Shown one piece after another: positions 50,315 through 64,000 of a stretch of 64,000 bases of DNA. Positions within the stretch are counted from its first letter, which is position 1; every line of letters begins with the position of its first letter. The stretch lies in the NCBI RefSeq assembly GCF_009914755.1, contig NC_060925.1. One strand, given 5' to 3'. The stretch is from the human T2T-CHM13v2.0 reference genome, Homo sapiens. The position numbers were made by a program, and so were the translations under genes. The notes under the pieces were generated by a model. The model did not search any database, was not told where the DNA came from, and saw only the letters and a program-made list of their open reading frames with translations.

Positions 50315-50480
50315 AACAGGAACGTGTACTCAACAGGAACGTGTACTCAATTAGCTTTTGTGGGAAAGGGTTGAAGATTCTTGGTAACTGCTTCAACAAA
50401 CCAGAGGAATTAATTAGACCGCTGATTTTCTCCGGAAGCGCGAAGCACTAGGCCGTTTGAGGATCTCCGCTCCGCTTTGC
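50315..50480 (-). other. DRAM2: Probable DRAM2 5'UTR exon (acceptor uncertain)
   Basis: Donor GTT|GTGAGT at 50314; candidate acceptor CTTTTCCTGGTCCCAG at 50481; alternative acceptors exist. Confidence 0.6.
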
Positions 50481-50856
50481 CTGGGACCAGGAAAAGACGC
50501 GAGAGACGGAACTCGGCATCAGGCACTGCTTGGGGCAGGAGGAGAGTAGGGGAAACCAAGGAAGAGAACAGAAAGGTAGGGCACGGGGAGCTGAGCCCAG
50601 CTGCACTCATCCCCGCCCCCGGAAACCCCCGCAGCTCCCGCCCCAACCAGCCCCCCTCTGGCGCCTGGCATAAGGTAGCCCCCGGAGGCAATGAGGGCCA
50701 GCAGGAGTCTCGCGCGCCTGCGACGCGGGTAAGGGGGCTCCAGGCTGCGCCCACTTCCCCGAGCTGCCAGATCCCACCCTCTGACGCACCCTTCTAGAGG
50801 GAGCGGGCTGCAAGCGCTGGGGCCTGTCCCTTCTCCCCTACTTCGACTTACCTTAC

Positions 50857-51000
50857 CAGACCGACTAGCGCTGGCCGCTGGCGCCGAAGCCCCTATGCTA
50901 AAAGGAGACAGGGCTGGGCCACGGGGCGCGCTCCCGAGCAGACCGGCCGGCCCCGGGGCGCGCTCACGGCACCGAGGAGCGCGCCTGCGGCGCTGCTCGT
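50857..51000 (-). other. DRAM2: DRAM2 first (non-coding) exon; TSS approximate
   Basis: Donor CTG|GTAAGG at 50856 (second donor at 50851) inside the CpG island. Confidence 0.7.
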
Positions 51001-51039
51001 TCAAACCTTGTTCCCCTTTACGGCAATCGCGAAAGTGTC

Positions 51040-51121
51040 GTGAACGTGCTGCCGCCGATCAGTCACCCAGTCGGCTGGAGTCGGAGGCGATATTTCTAGG
51101 GGTGTACTTGTTGGGGTCAGG
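51040..51121 (+). other. CEPT1: CEPT1 first (non-coding) exon; TSS approximate
   Basis: Donor AGG|GTAAGG at 51122 inside the CpG island. Confidence 0.7.
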
Positions 51122-53323
51122 GTAAGGCTGCGGAGCGCGGTCACCGGACGTGAAGGATTTGAAGGGCGTTGTAGGGGCCAGTGGAGAGAGGACTGGATGC
51201 TCTGGGGCGGGTCATTAGGATATAGCTGTGTATGGACTCGCGCGAGGCGAACGCCGTCCTTCTTCCTGGCGCAGGGTGGCCTCGCGCGCGGGGTTGTGGG
51301 GAGGCGAGGGGCGACTGCCCCCTTGCCCCTCTGTGGAGACTGCCCCCTTGCCCCTCTGTGGAGACATTGGGGTGGCGGAGCGCCGGCGCGGGAGCCGGGG
51401 GGCTGTTGTGTGGGAGCCCAAGGTAGGGGTGGGAAGAACCGTGGAGGGCCAGCGCTGAGCGGGCCGAGGGCTGGGAGCGCTACCCGTGCCGAACGGACCT
51501 TGCTTGTCAGGTCCACACCCTCCTGCCCGAATGCTGGCAAGTCCACACACCGTGTGGCATCCTCTGCCGGGTTTGTCTCCCCTTAGGAATGCGGTGCTGA
51601 TGTTTGTGGCTGGGACGCGCTTCTGGTCAGCAACTTTTCTGGAAATTTCAGCCTATATTGATAAGCTGTGAGATTGCTAGCTGGCGTTTATTTCAGCAGC
51701 ATTCTTGCAAGGAGAAATAACCAAAAGAGTTGCTGGTGTTTGCCAGTATTCCCAGAAACACTGCATGAACGGGATCTTTAGCCATGTTTAACTTGTTTTC
51801 TCCAATTCAGTGCTTGGCATTTTGGTGTCATTTTTGCCATTTTGCATCATTAGTATTGAATATATAATTTTGCTTGAAGTCTTTTAATCAGTAAATCCAT
51901 AGTATGACAGTAGGCAAATTCATAGTTGTCTTTCAACAAATGTTAGTGTCTCGTCTTGTATGTGGACAAAGAATAAAGATTTATTTCCTACTCGAACTAT
52001 TAGGAATATGTCCAGTCCGTAGATGTTGAGTTGAACGACTTATAACACAAGTTAGACTTTGGTAAGGGCATTTAGAGCATTACTAATTTAGAGCCATTGC
52101 CATTCACATAAAATTCGAGATTGAGGTTCTAAAAGCATTTAGTTTCCTCTTCGTTTTATGCTGAGAAAAACTAGTTAAGGCCCCCTGCACAACTTGTCTT
52201 TCCAACACATTTAAGAAATAAGTTAGTAAATCTACCTTATATTAACACCAATTACATTTTATTGCACAATTTCTTTGTTTTCTAGGCTTTAGATTTGTTT
52301 TTTAAGCTGGTTAAAGGTGCTGATGTTCTTTTTGAGGGTCATGCTGTGTTTATTTTTAAGGGGCTAGAAAAATAACCTATAAAATACCAAGCTTTTGCTG
52401 ATTTTTATGTTGTGTGTGTGTGTTTTTTTAAGGGGGAAGAAAGTGATTTCCTCTTTTAAGGAGTGCAATATTTCACTTCAGCAAAACGCTAAATCTAAGT
52501 TGTGTTACACAGCCCTGTTTTTGCTTCCAAGTCTGCTGAAAAGGCTTTTGTTTTTGTAAACTTGCTCTATGTATCACTTGTTAAATAATGCTGAACTTAA
52601 TCCTGTGATCCTATTAGTTTTCTTTTTCTTTTTTTTCTTCCTTTCTTTCCTTGTTCTTTATAATTTGCCCTTCCTTTCTGCTAGTGTAGCCATGAGTATT
52701 TTTCTTTAGGTAGCCAATTACCTGTGAAAAGACTGTAAACATACTGCTGAATCAGTGCAGATCAAAACTTGGCACCCTTAGACATGGCGGGGATGGAAAT
52801 TCTGGAATTTCACACAACAGGTTGTGTATTGTGTAAGCTTACCTTATGCACTGCTCAGGAGTTAGAGATTTTTTTTTTTAATGTGATACTTGTCAGACAT
52901 TCCCCATGCTAAAGTCCACACAGGAATAATGTAGCCCATATGCCATTATCCTCAGCTGATATAAATGCAGCCGTTTTGCATGATAGACTTTTTTAGTAAA
53001 GGTATTAATTAAATATCTCTGATTATACTTTTTCTACCTTTGTTGGATTTTCCACATAAATATTTATGCTTGCACAAAGAAAATTCTTTGTCAGACCGTA
53101 TGTGTTTTCCTAGTTCTCCTCTGGACTTACAAAACAGTTTGTTGATAGCATTCATAACTTAGCTGTTTCTGAGACCCCACCCTCCCCTTTTTGAGTTTCT
53201 TAAAGGTATGGAATGTTATATTTCAGCCTTTCTGTTTCATCAGAGTCTGGAACCACTAAGTGTTTATTAAATACTAGACGAATAATATTTGTTAATTGTT
53301 CAGTAAGTACTGATTACCTACTA

Positions 53324-53488
53324 GCAGGGTGTGGTGGCACATGCTCGTAATCCTAGCTTCTCTGTGGCTGAGACACAGGAATCGCTTGAACCCAGGAGGA
53401 GGGGTTTGTAGTGAGGCAAGATCTGGTACTGCCTCCAGCCTGTGCTACAGAGCGAGATCCTGTCTCACTAAATTAAATTAAATTAAAA
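53324..53488 (+). mobile_element. FRAM / Alu right monomer
   Basis: Monomer with a (TAAAT)n tail; imperfect TSD TAAGTA(C/T)TGATTA(C/T)CTACT. Confidence 0.8.
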
Positions 53489-54518
53489 TAAGTATTGATT
53501 ATCTACTTAGTGCTAAGTATGGTATGAGCTTGTGGGAAAAGAATGTTAACAAGACAGGCTTGGCCCATGCACTTGTAGAGTATACACAACAGTCTGGGGG
53601 AAAGACCAAAAAAACACAAACAAACAAAAAAAGTTCAAAGTGTGATGAGTGCTTTAAAGGGAGCAGAGCACTAGAGCCAGATTTTAACAGAGGAACGGAG
53701 TTACTGATTACAAGTGAAAAGGCTACAATAGCTATAGGACTGTGACAGTATTATAGGACTTTGACAGTATTATTATGAACTGACAGCATTACAGCTGATG
53801 GGAATTTTATACAGTTTAAAATATTCACTTTTACTATTATGGTACATGAAAACGTATTCTCAGTTAACAAATAATTTTGGCTGTGTTCTAAAGTTACAGG
53901 TTTCTTTATAAGCACATCAGTTGCTTTCCATTACATCCAAGTAAAATGACAACTCTGCGTTAATTCTCCAAACTTCATTTTATCCCATTCTTCCATCTGG
54001 TTTACTCCTATCCATCCATGGTGATCTCTCTCGTACCTGAGCAAGACAAACTCTTTACTATCTCAGGGCGTGTTCCATTTTCTTGGATTATTCTTCCTCC
54101 TCCCCTAAAACGTCTGGCTCCTTCTTTTCCTCTGAGCTTGGTATAGAAGCTACTTGAAGACTTCACCCTGTTTAAAATGTGTAACCCCAGCTATTTTCTA
54201 GCTTAGCACTTTGTTTTCCTCATTGTGCCTATCACAGTGTGTAATTTTTTTATTTGCTTGTTTACTAGTTTTTATTTCTTTTCCCACTGGACATAGGAGC
54301 TGGGATCATGTCAGCCTCATTCACTGCATTTATATGTTGGCTGAATGCATTGGAAACTGGTAATCTATTTTCTTATAACTGTTAAGACTGGTGGCTAGGT
54401 TTCTAAGCCAGCAATAATTTTAATTTCTTACTTTTTTTTTTCTTTTTGTTACTTGTACTGTGGTAAGAAAAGGACATTTTCTGCTCATCCTTTTGGTCAT
54501 AGGCCTGATTCCATATAA

Positions 54519-54842
<324 letters not shown>

Positions 54843-55820
54843 CATAGAATAATTTTTTAATATTCTACCTCCTTTCTGTATTCCCACCCCACATCCATTT
54901 TTCCTTTCTCGCCACATTGTCCTGATCTTCCTGTTGTAGCCACCTACCCTATGCGGCTCCATTGAGATATGCTTGCTTTTCATTTGCTAAAATTCAGAAG
55001 TTCCTGTCTTTTCTGTAATGGTTTTCATGGTCATAGCCCCTGGATCTCAGATATGATGGAAGGAAGAGTAGAGATGAACCTGTGGTAGTGACTGCAAACT
55101 CTGTATCTATATGAATGTGTTGAAAGTAAAGTAGCCATCTGTAGGTCAGAGACTACATGTATCTGAATTTATATTTGCAGTGTTGTTGCTAATAGCTTCA
55201 CAGAGACATTGTTGCTGCAATGTTGGCAAAGAAAGCCTTCAAAAACTCATTGCCTCTTTTCATGTATAAATTTGTACCGTGGGCTAGATCTGGAAAGGTT
55301 TGTCAAAATGTAGATGTTTATAAAAGAGAAATAGAAGGTTAAAAAACAATCTAGGTCGCAGAGGGGAAAAACTGAGAGGGAAAGTATCAGTTTATCAACT
55401 AGTCCTGCCAAATGCTCAGACTTAAAACCATTAGGATCAGTTGCTTATAGCTATTTAGTGCCAAAAGCAGGCTAGCACTCATCTTTTTTTCTTTACAGTA
55501 AGAGAATAGAATACTGCAACAGTAAAATACAAATGGAATTGACTGAATTTTTAATTCCCATTTCAAGTGGAATTCCGTAAGAGCTATCATTTACCAAATA
55601 CGAAAATATATCATTGCTCGACTATAGAAAATTTGGCTACTATGAAGCTAAGTGTATTCGTGGTTATTGGTCTCTCATTTGATCTAAAGTGATCTCGTCA
55701 CCAGTTATTTAATATTATATAAACATTACTTTAAAACAGTTTTAATCAGTACCTTTGTGATACAGTTGTGTGAAAGAATTCCTCAAAATGTAAGAAATTA
55801 GCTTTGATTTCTCTCCTTGA

Positions 55821-56169
<349 letters not shown>

Positions 56170-56371
56170 TGATGAGTCTCTTGAGATTTTTGAAAATTTA
56201 TTTAAGGGCATTAACTTGACTATAATGACTATTTTCTAAACCAAATATTGAGATACGTGATTGACAGAGGTTTTGGATGCCACCTTAGGTCATTAGTAAC
56301 ATTGAAATTTTGGAATTTGATATTTATAGGGATATAGGAAAAAAGTCCTGTTCCATTGTGTTCACATGTCC

Positions 56372-56730
56372 ATACCAGGCTGTGGGGTGAGTGTCCCCCT
56401 GGCTGGTACCTACTTGTCCATGTGGTTACTCATGAGCTGAGTGCCTACATTTCATGTTTTGTGGCATGTGACCCTGTGCTCCACTTCCCAGAATGCACAT
56501 GTGGCCTGGGTTCATAGTCCTCTAGCCATGGCCGGGTCTCAGTTCAGTGCCTTCCATCCTGGGCAGCAGGAGCACCATGTTGCAGTCTACCACAGCTGCC
56601 TCTGGGCCTTGGCCTGGCTTCACTGCATTCCAGCGCTGCCTCCCCTCCACCCCAGACAGGGGGGAACCTGCCACTCTCAGGACCACCCTGCAAAGGCAGA
56701 ATAAACCAGATCCTCTCACAGCAAAAAAAA
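56372..56730 (+). pseudogene. Probable processed-mRNA retrocopy (3'UTR end), parent gene unidentified
   Basis: GC-rich block in an AT-rich intron, ending in AATAAA (56700-56705), 17 nt, then A8 (56723-56730). Confidence 0.65.
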
Positions 56731-57751
56731 GTTAAAAGGGACAACTGAGCATGTTTTGATAGTAGATCTATTGTCGAGATGTCCTAGACCTATACCATTT
56801 CTGGGACTTTGATTCTGCTTTGTGGATAGTTTCCAACCAGAAGATCAAAACATACCTATGCCACTAATCTTTTTTGTTCTATTAAGATTCTTTCTTTTTT
56901 TTTTTTTTTTAAATGGTCTCTGTTCCTCCTCCTCCTCACTATGGTAAGTTTCTCACAAGGTTCTTTATTCATTTTTTTCTTTCAATGCTTAATCCCTTTG
57001 AGAACTTTTCTACTTTCTAGTTTTTAACCAGACTTTAGCTTTTAAGTTGATGACCTGAACTTCTCACTCTTACCAAAACTCCAGTTTTTTGATTTTGTCT
57101 AAAACATCTCTACTTAAAAGTCACATGTATATATTCCATTCCTACCCTCATCCCTAGTTCCCTTTCACCCACTACACCCCAAAAGCCAAAAAATAACAAA
57201 CTGATTTTCTTTTCCAACTTGCCCTTTTGACAACAGTACCAGTAATCTCTAGCTGTTGACTCTTTTTTTCTTCTGTTTCCTCACCTCTCATATCTAATTC
57301 TTAAGTACTTTCTGCTGAATCTTCCATCTAAATAGAAATTACTTATAGATTTGACTGTCTTTCATATTTTCATTTTTACCATCCTACTATAGGCCCTCAC
57401 CACTTCAAACCATTGAGATCACTGTACTTACTAATTTTTAATTGTTCTATTTTCTCCATTCTGATTCATCTTGAAAATACTCTTGTATTTCCTCATGCTA
57501 CTTGATTACTTATAATTGTTATCTCTAATCTTTTCTAAATGAAATACAAATACTTCAGGGATTAAACTCAAGGTCCTTTATTAGCAGTCATCACTTAACC
57601 CACTTTTACTTTTTTTCCTTCTACTTCCTCAGTTCATCAGGACACTCTGCTAATACATATATACTGTCTTAAAGTTAATTTTTTTCATTGTTGTATATCT
57701 CCACCGAGAATACCGTCTATATTCGTTTTTACCAATAAGAAGTTTTGTCTT

Positions 57752-57839
57752 TTGGTTTAATTTAAACAGAAACCCTGTGTTTGTTTGAATACTACTTGGT
57801 TTAGTTTAAACAGAAAACCTGTGTTTGTTTGAATGCTAC
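57752..57839. repeat. 44-bp tandem duplication (2 copies, 3 mismatches) next to a MIR
   Basis: TTGGTTTA(A/G)TTTAAACAGAAA(C/A)CCTGTGTTTGTTTGAAT(A/G)CTAC x2. Confidence 0.92.
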
Positions 57840-58528
57840 TTACCAGCTGTGTGATTTGGACAAGTTAATTAGCCTCACTGAGCCTTAGTTTATTTTTCTG
57901 TAAAAATGGGGATAATTAATAGTCCTTGCCTTCTAGGGTGGTTGTGAGGATTAAAGGAGTTAGTATATAAAATGTGCTTAAGTTTTGTAATATGAAGGGC
58001 ATGCCCAATAAATGTTAGCTATTACCATTAAATAAAAATCTAGTTTAAGACTCATTGAAGTCATTCCTCTGATACTAATACTAATTTGCTAGCCTTGGGA
58101 CCTCAGTTTCCGTATATGTGTAATGATGAGATGATTTCTAACATTTGTTGCATTATACAACTGAAAGCAGTGTGGGATGGAAAAAGAATATGAGCTTCAA
58201 AGTCAGACAGACTATCAGATAATAGGAAGCATACTACTATTAAAGTCTCTTACTATTTTTTGCTTAAAGTTGAGGTTATACACTTTCAATAAGAACTAGA
58301 ACCAAAATCAGGTCCCTCCTTTTCTGGTCCTGTTTGATACTTACTACTTTATTGACAATTTGATTTTTTGTTTCCTAATTTGTTAATATTGGCATAAGAT
58401 GTAAATAGTGGCCAACAAGTGTATTTTTTAATTTTTATTTTATTTTATTTTTTAGGTAAGCACCAGCCACAAAAACCTACAAAAGAAGGGAAATTACTGT
58501 CTTTAAATATTAAAAAAAAACAAGATCC

Positions 58529-58867
58529 ATGAGTGGGCATCGATCAACAAGGAAAAGATGTGGAGATTCTCACCCGGAGTCCCCAGTGGGCTTCGGGCAT
58601 ATGAGTACTACAGGATGTGTATTAAATAAATTGTTTCAGTTACCAACACCACCATTGTCAAGACACCAACTAAAGCGGCTAGAAGAACACAGATATCAAA
58701 GTGCTGGACGGTCCCTGCTTGAGCCCTTAATGCAAGGGTATTGGGAATGGCTCGTTAGAAGAGTTCCCTCCTGGATTGCCCCAAATCTCATCACCATCAT
58801 TGGACTGTCAATAAACATCTGTACAACTATTTTATTAGTCTTCTACTGCCCTACAGCTACAGAGCAG
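58529..58867 (+). CDS. CEPT1: CEPT1 (choline/ethanolamine phosphotransferase 1) first coding exon, codons 1-113; whole exon 58456-58867; gene continues beyond the window
   Basis: [25 protein letters not shown]...[11 protein letters not shown]...CPTATEQ, the N-terminus of a CDP-alcohol phosphotransferase; CAG|GTAAGA donor at 58868. Confidence 0.97.
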
Positions 58868-60014
58868 GTAAGAGTTTCTTAACAGATCTCAACATTTGCT
58901 ATATACCAAAAACGTTGTAATTGGGATCGTGGGGTCATTTTAACTAAAGATAAAGTAATCTGACAGCTGTCAACTATTTTAAAATATCACACACACTGTG
59001 ATAAAGCTTGTAAGTACAGCCTACACACTTGCTTATTGGAAACCAGAAGCAAACGGTAGACTGTGATCCTAGTGCTTAAATTAATGTTAGCAGGGATTAA
59101 CATGTAAAATGTTCCTTTTAAAGTCACTAAATCTCAATTTTTTACAAAAAAGTTTTTCATTTTTTTAAATGGTAGAATAAAGTCTTAGCAAAAAAAAAAA
59201 AAACAGTGAGAAAACTCTCTGGTATTTAGTATGGCATGACTGTAAACTAGCCTTATCAAAAGGTTTTTTTTCCATTCTAGTGAGAAGTGTTAAATTTCCC
59301 TTCTCTCTTCCTTTAAACATGTATGCCTGAAGACTTCGGGTATATGGCTTATTCTTCTAACAACTGTGGCAAAGGAAGTGTAAGAAAAAGTCAATACAAT
59401 GTATTTCCTATTCTGTATCCTGCTCTGGCTACCATTAAGAAAGGATGCATGCTATTGCTTACAAAGACTCACACAGGCCTTCTCAGATCCAAGCCTCTCT
59501 TCTACCGTTACCCTCTATTACCCTCTGTACTCATTACTTGAAACCAAAACTAGAACTCTTTATCAGAATAGATACATTGATATTTATTTCTTTGGTTTTA
59601 AAATATCCTTACCAAAACATGAACTAAGCTAGTTAGGTAGATGAGAGAATTACAAGCATTTGTTCTGCCTAAATAAGTTAGACTGATCAGTTTCTGGTAA
59701 TTCAGGACAGTAGAAGGTAATTCTAACTAAACATTTCAGAGTGATTCTGAGCTAAATGAGATGGTAATGGCCACAACATTCCTTACCTTGTTTTAAGCTT
59801 GAAGTAATTTTTTTTAAGTAATCTTCTCAGATTATTTGTCCTTTGAGATAAAATTACCACCATTCAACCCTCTATTCTTTTCTGTTTTCATCAATTTGTC
59901 TGTTTCCATAGGTTAAATAAAAGCCATTAAAGTGAATGGCTATTGAGGGTCACCTTTACCCCAGAACATGTGATTTCTGTTATTTTCCAGGTTTTCATTT
60001 CCCATCACCCTTAA

Positions 60015-60386
<372 letters not shown>

Positions 60387-61799
60387 TAACTCTCTTCCTG
60401 TTGCTCAGTTAGGATACTTAAAAAACACAAACCAGTACATTATTTAAATGTGTCCTTGGATTCTTTATCACATATCCTTTAAATTGTTTCACTTGGGGCT
60501 TGTCTGAGAATTTGACTGCTACTCCCAGAAGGGTTTGGTCCAAATCACACAAATCATTAGAGATATAGTAGAACAACAGGGAGGTGGATTGATTCCAGTG
60601 GAAGACCTCCAGTACTAAACTAGTTCTAGGATGGGGATCAAGGAGTGAGAGCAGGTTCAAGGATAGTTCAGCCACTAATAGTCATTTATGGAACACCACA
60701 GAGTATATCAGGTAATGTGTTCCCCTGTAATACTTTTTCTTGGCCTCTGTTCTTAAGTGATTTGGAATGTATGAATAACCCAAGAATTAGTTAAATCTTT
60801 AGGGAGACTTCCAGAATGGAAGCTATTCTTTTCACTAGTTGTGATGGTTCAGAATGGCTGCTAGGAGGAATCAGAATATGACTGAGCTGCTGCTTGTTGT
60901 TCTGCAAGGGAAGATAATGTCCTACAATGGAGATGCCTGGATGCATTTTTAGCTACGAGGTAGCTATCCTTATTAGGCTCAAAGCAGAATGCATTTAAAT
61001 AGGTCTTGGTTGTTTTCTATGACAAGCTGTTATCTCTGTGATCTTCAGTAAGATAAGTAAATTTTCTAAGTCACCCTCTTTAAATCTTATTTTGTGGTAT
61101 GATGATCATACATTCAGGGTACCTAGCATATAATGTTCAAAATAGTAGATGGTTATTGTTTCATTGATCAAAAAGATTAGGTATATAATCTATTCTTCCA
61201 CAGCCCCCTTCCCATTCGTGATTTCCTCTAATGATACATAATATTTCCAGTTACAAATTCATCTAAGTCCTTATTTCTTTTATATTTTTCTTTATCATCA
61301 TGTTGGAGTCAGAGAATTTCGTAAATTTTATCACCCAGGGAAATTCTCCTTCATTGTATCTCTGATTCTTTTGGGCCTTATGCCAGTGGATGATCATTAA
61401 GTTTCATGTCTACATGTATAGTATTACGAACTTCCCATATATTTTTTATGTTACTGATTTTTTAAAAAATGTATTAGAGTTTCAGACACCAATCTTTCTG
61501 GTAGAAAGGAAGGTCATTATTATAATAGTTTAAGCTCAGTTTGTTTCTTTTCTTAGAAAAAGCAATCCTCCTAGTAGATAAGAAAATAAGTTAGCTTTTA
61601 TTTTTCACATTCTTAGGGTAGAAATACAGACTTCTCTCTTTTTATATGGAGAGCCAAAATTTCCCTTTGATCTGTTCATTACTCAGTATTTAAACTTCAT
61701 TAGCTAGTAGCTTTGATTTTAGTGTCATAAGTTAATTTGGAATTTGTCTTGCAACTTGGTATATGTTAATATACTTGTGTTCACCTTGCCTCCATCCAC

Positions 61800-62843
<1,044 letters not shown>

Positions 62844-63654
62844 TCACGTAAGACAGAAAAAGGAAGTTGGTGTTAACCTGTATTATACCCATGAAAACCA
62901 GAAATGCCATTATCAGAAAGAGTCGTGTCAGATTTCAATATAACTTTTTGAAATATCATGAGTTGTTTAAACACTCATTTGTTTTTGTTTTTATATTGCT
63001 AGTTTTCATGCTTTTGATTCACCTCACTAAAAAATAACTTGTTAGATTTTTTTTTGGCATAGAAAAGTGAAAAGAAAATTAAAACGGCACATTGACCATA
63101 ATTTCACTGCCCAGTTAACTTATGTTGACATTGAAAAGTGAAGGGGGAAAAAAATTACAGAGTTAAAAAAATGCAAAGAGTGGCATAAAACAAAAAGTAA
63201 AATCTTCCCTTTTTTATCTGCCTTTCCTTCCTACCCCTCACCCTAACCTCTCTCCTCAAATGTAATAAAGTTTAACAGTATTTTTGTCTGACAAATCACA
63301 CCCTAAATTTTATTGAGTAGAAAAAGCAACATGTGGAACACACAGTACACCATTTAGAAATTGTTTAAAGTATGCAAAATAAGTCTTTATTGTTTAGGAT
63401 TGCATATATATGTAATCAAGTCTAAAGGCAAACATAGGAATAATAAAGACTAAATTCAGGTTAGTGGGTACTTTTGGGGGAGATTGCATGATGAATTGGA
63501 GAGAGCTGTTCATGGAACTCCAATTATGCTTTTTAAGCTGAGAGGTTTGTCAAGGGTGTTCATCAGATTTTTAAAAACTTTTTGTATGTTTGAAATAGTA
63601 ATAAAACTCATATTGTACCTGCCCATATATATGCCCGCCAAAATCTTAGGAGTA

Positions 63655-64000
63655 TTTTTTTCCTTCTGATTGACACATAATAATTATATATGAGATACAG
63701 TGTTATATTTTAAAACATATATACAGTGTATAATGATCAGATCAGGGTAATTATGTCTGTCACCTCAAACATTTATTTCTTTGTGTTAATATTCCAGATC
63801 CTCTCTTCTAGCTTTTTGAAAATATACAATGCATTATTGTTAGCTATATTCAGCCTACATTGCTGTAGAGCACTAGAACTTACTCCTCCTACATAGCTGT
63901 AACTTTGCTTCTGTTAAACAACCTGTCCCTATCCTCCCCTCCTCCTTACCCATCCCAGCCTCTTGTAACCACAATTCTTCCCTTTACTTCTATGAGCATT
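63655..64000 (-). mobile_element. L1MA 3' end (continues beyond the window)
   Basis: 'ttgacacataataattatatat...tgtataatgatcagatcagggtaatt' is a typical L1MA 3' terminus. Confidence 0.8.

Larger units (their letters stand above)
50415..51620. promoter_or_regulatory. CpG island / bidirectional DRAM2-CEPT1 promoter
   Basis: Very high GC and CpG density, GC boxes, an ETS-type CCGGAAG (about 50432), CGCG-rich motifs and no TATA box; divergent first-exon donors at 50856/50851 (-) and 51122 (+). Confidence 0.95.

Noticed and set aside
50410-51671. Many 60-181 aa ORFs on both strands
   Set aside because: Stop-codon depletion in a CpG island; low-complexity Arg/Gly/Pro/Ala translations.
53733-53790. 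Three ~19-bp degenerate repeats (TATAGGACT(G/T)TGACAGTAT), superficially array-like
   Set aside because: Head-to-tail with no spacers; an ordinary decayed minisatellite, not CRISPR-like.

Overview
Human (primate) genomic DNA, recognisable from the encoded proteins as the DRAM2-CEPT1 head-to-head locus. Bases 1-25,400 are an almost solid block of nested transposons: L1PA, L1PB and L1M copies, an MST/MaLR provirus, LTRs, Alus and MER1B. DRAM2 lies on the minus strand, from a TSS near 51.0 kb to a 3' end at about 27.2-28.7 kb. I reconstructed all seven coding exons (131+68+140+178+83+93+108 = 801 nt, 266 aa) and three probable 5'UTR exons. CEPT1 starts on the plus strand from the same CpG island, and its first coding exon (codons 1-113) is at 58,529-58,867. 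There is no prokaryote-type system (no CRISPR, operons or IS elements), and I found nothing I can honestly call a new biological system. The most interesting signals are in RNA processing. (1) A textbook U12-type intron in DRAM2 carries a complete competing set of U2-type sites and an intronic AATAAA. (2) The CEPT1 start-codon exon begins with an AG|GTAAG recursive-splice-like junction. (3) A DRAM2 uORF start codon overlaps an alternative donor. (4) A 3'UTR palindrome holding a miR-144-5p site sits in the expected cleavage window of a proximal poly(A) signal. (5) There are a truncated U2 snRNA retrocopy and an unidentified mRNA retrocopy in introns. Repeat subfamily names come from my recall of consensus sequences, not from a search.
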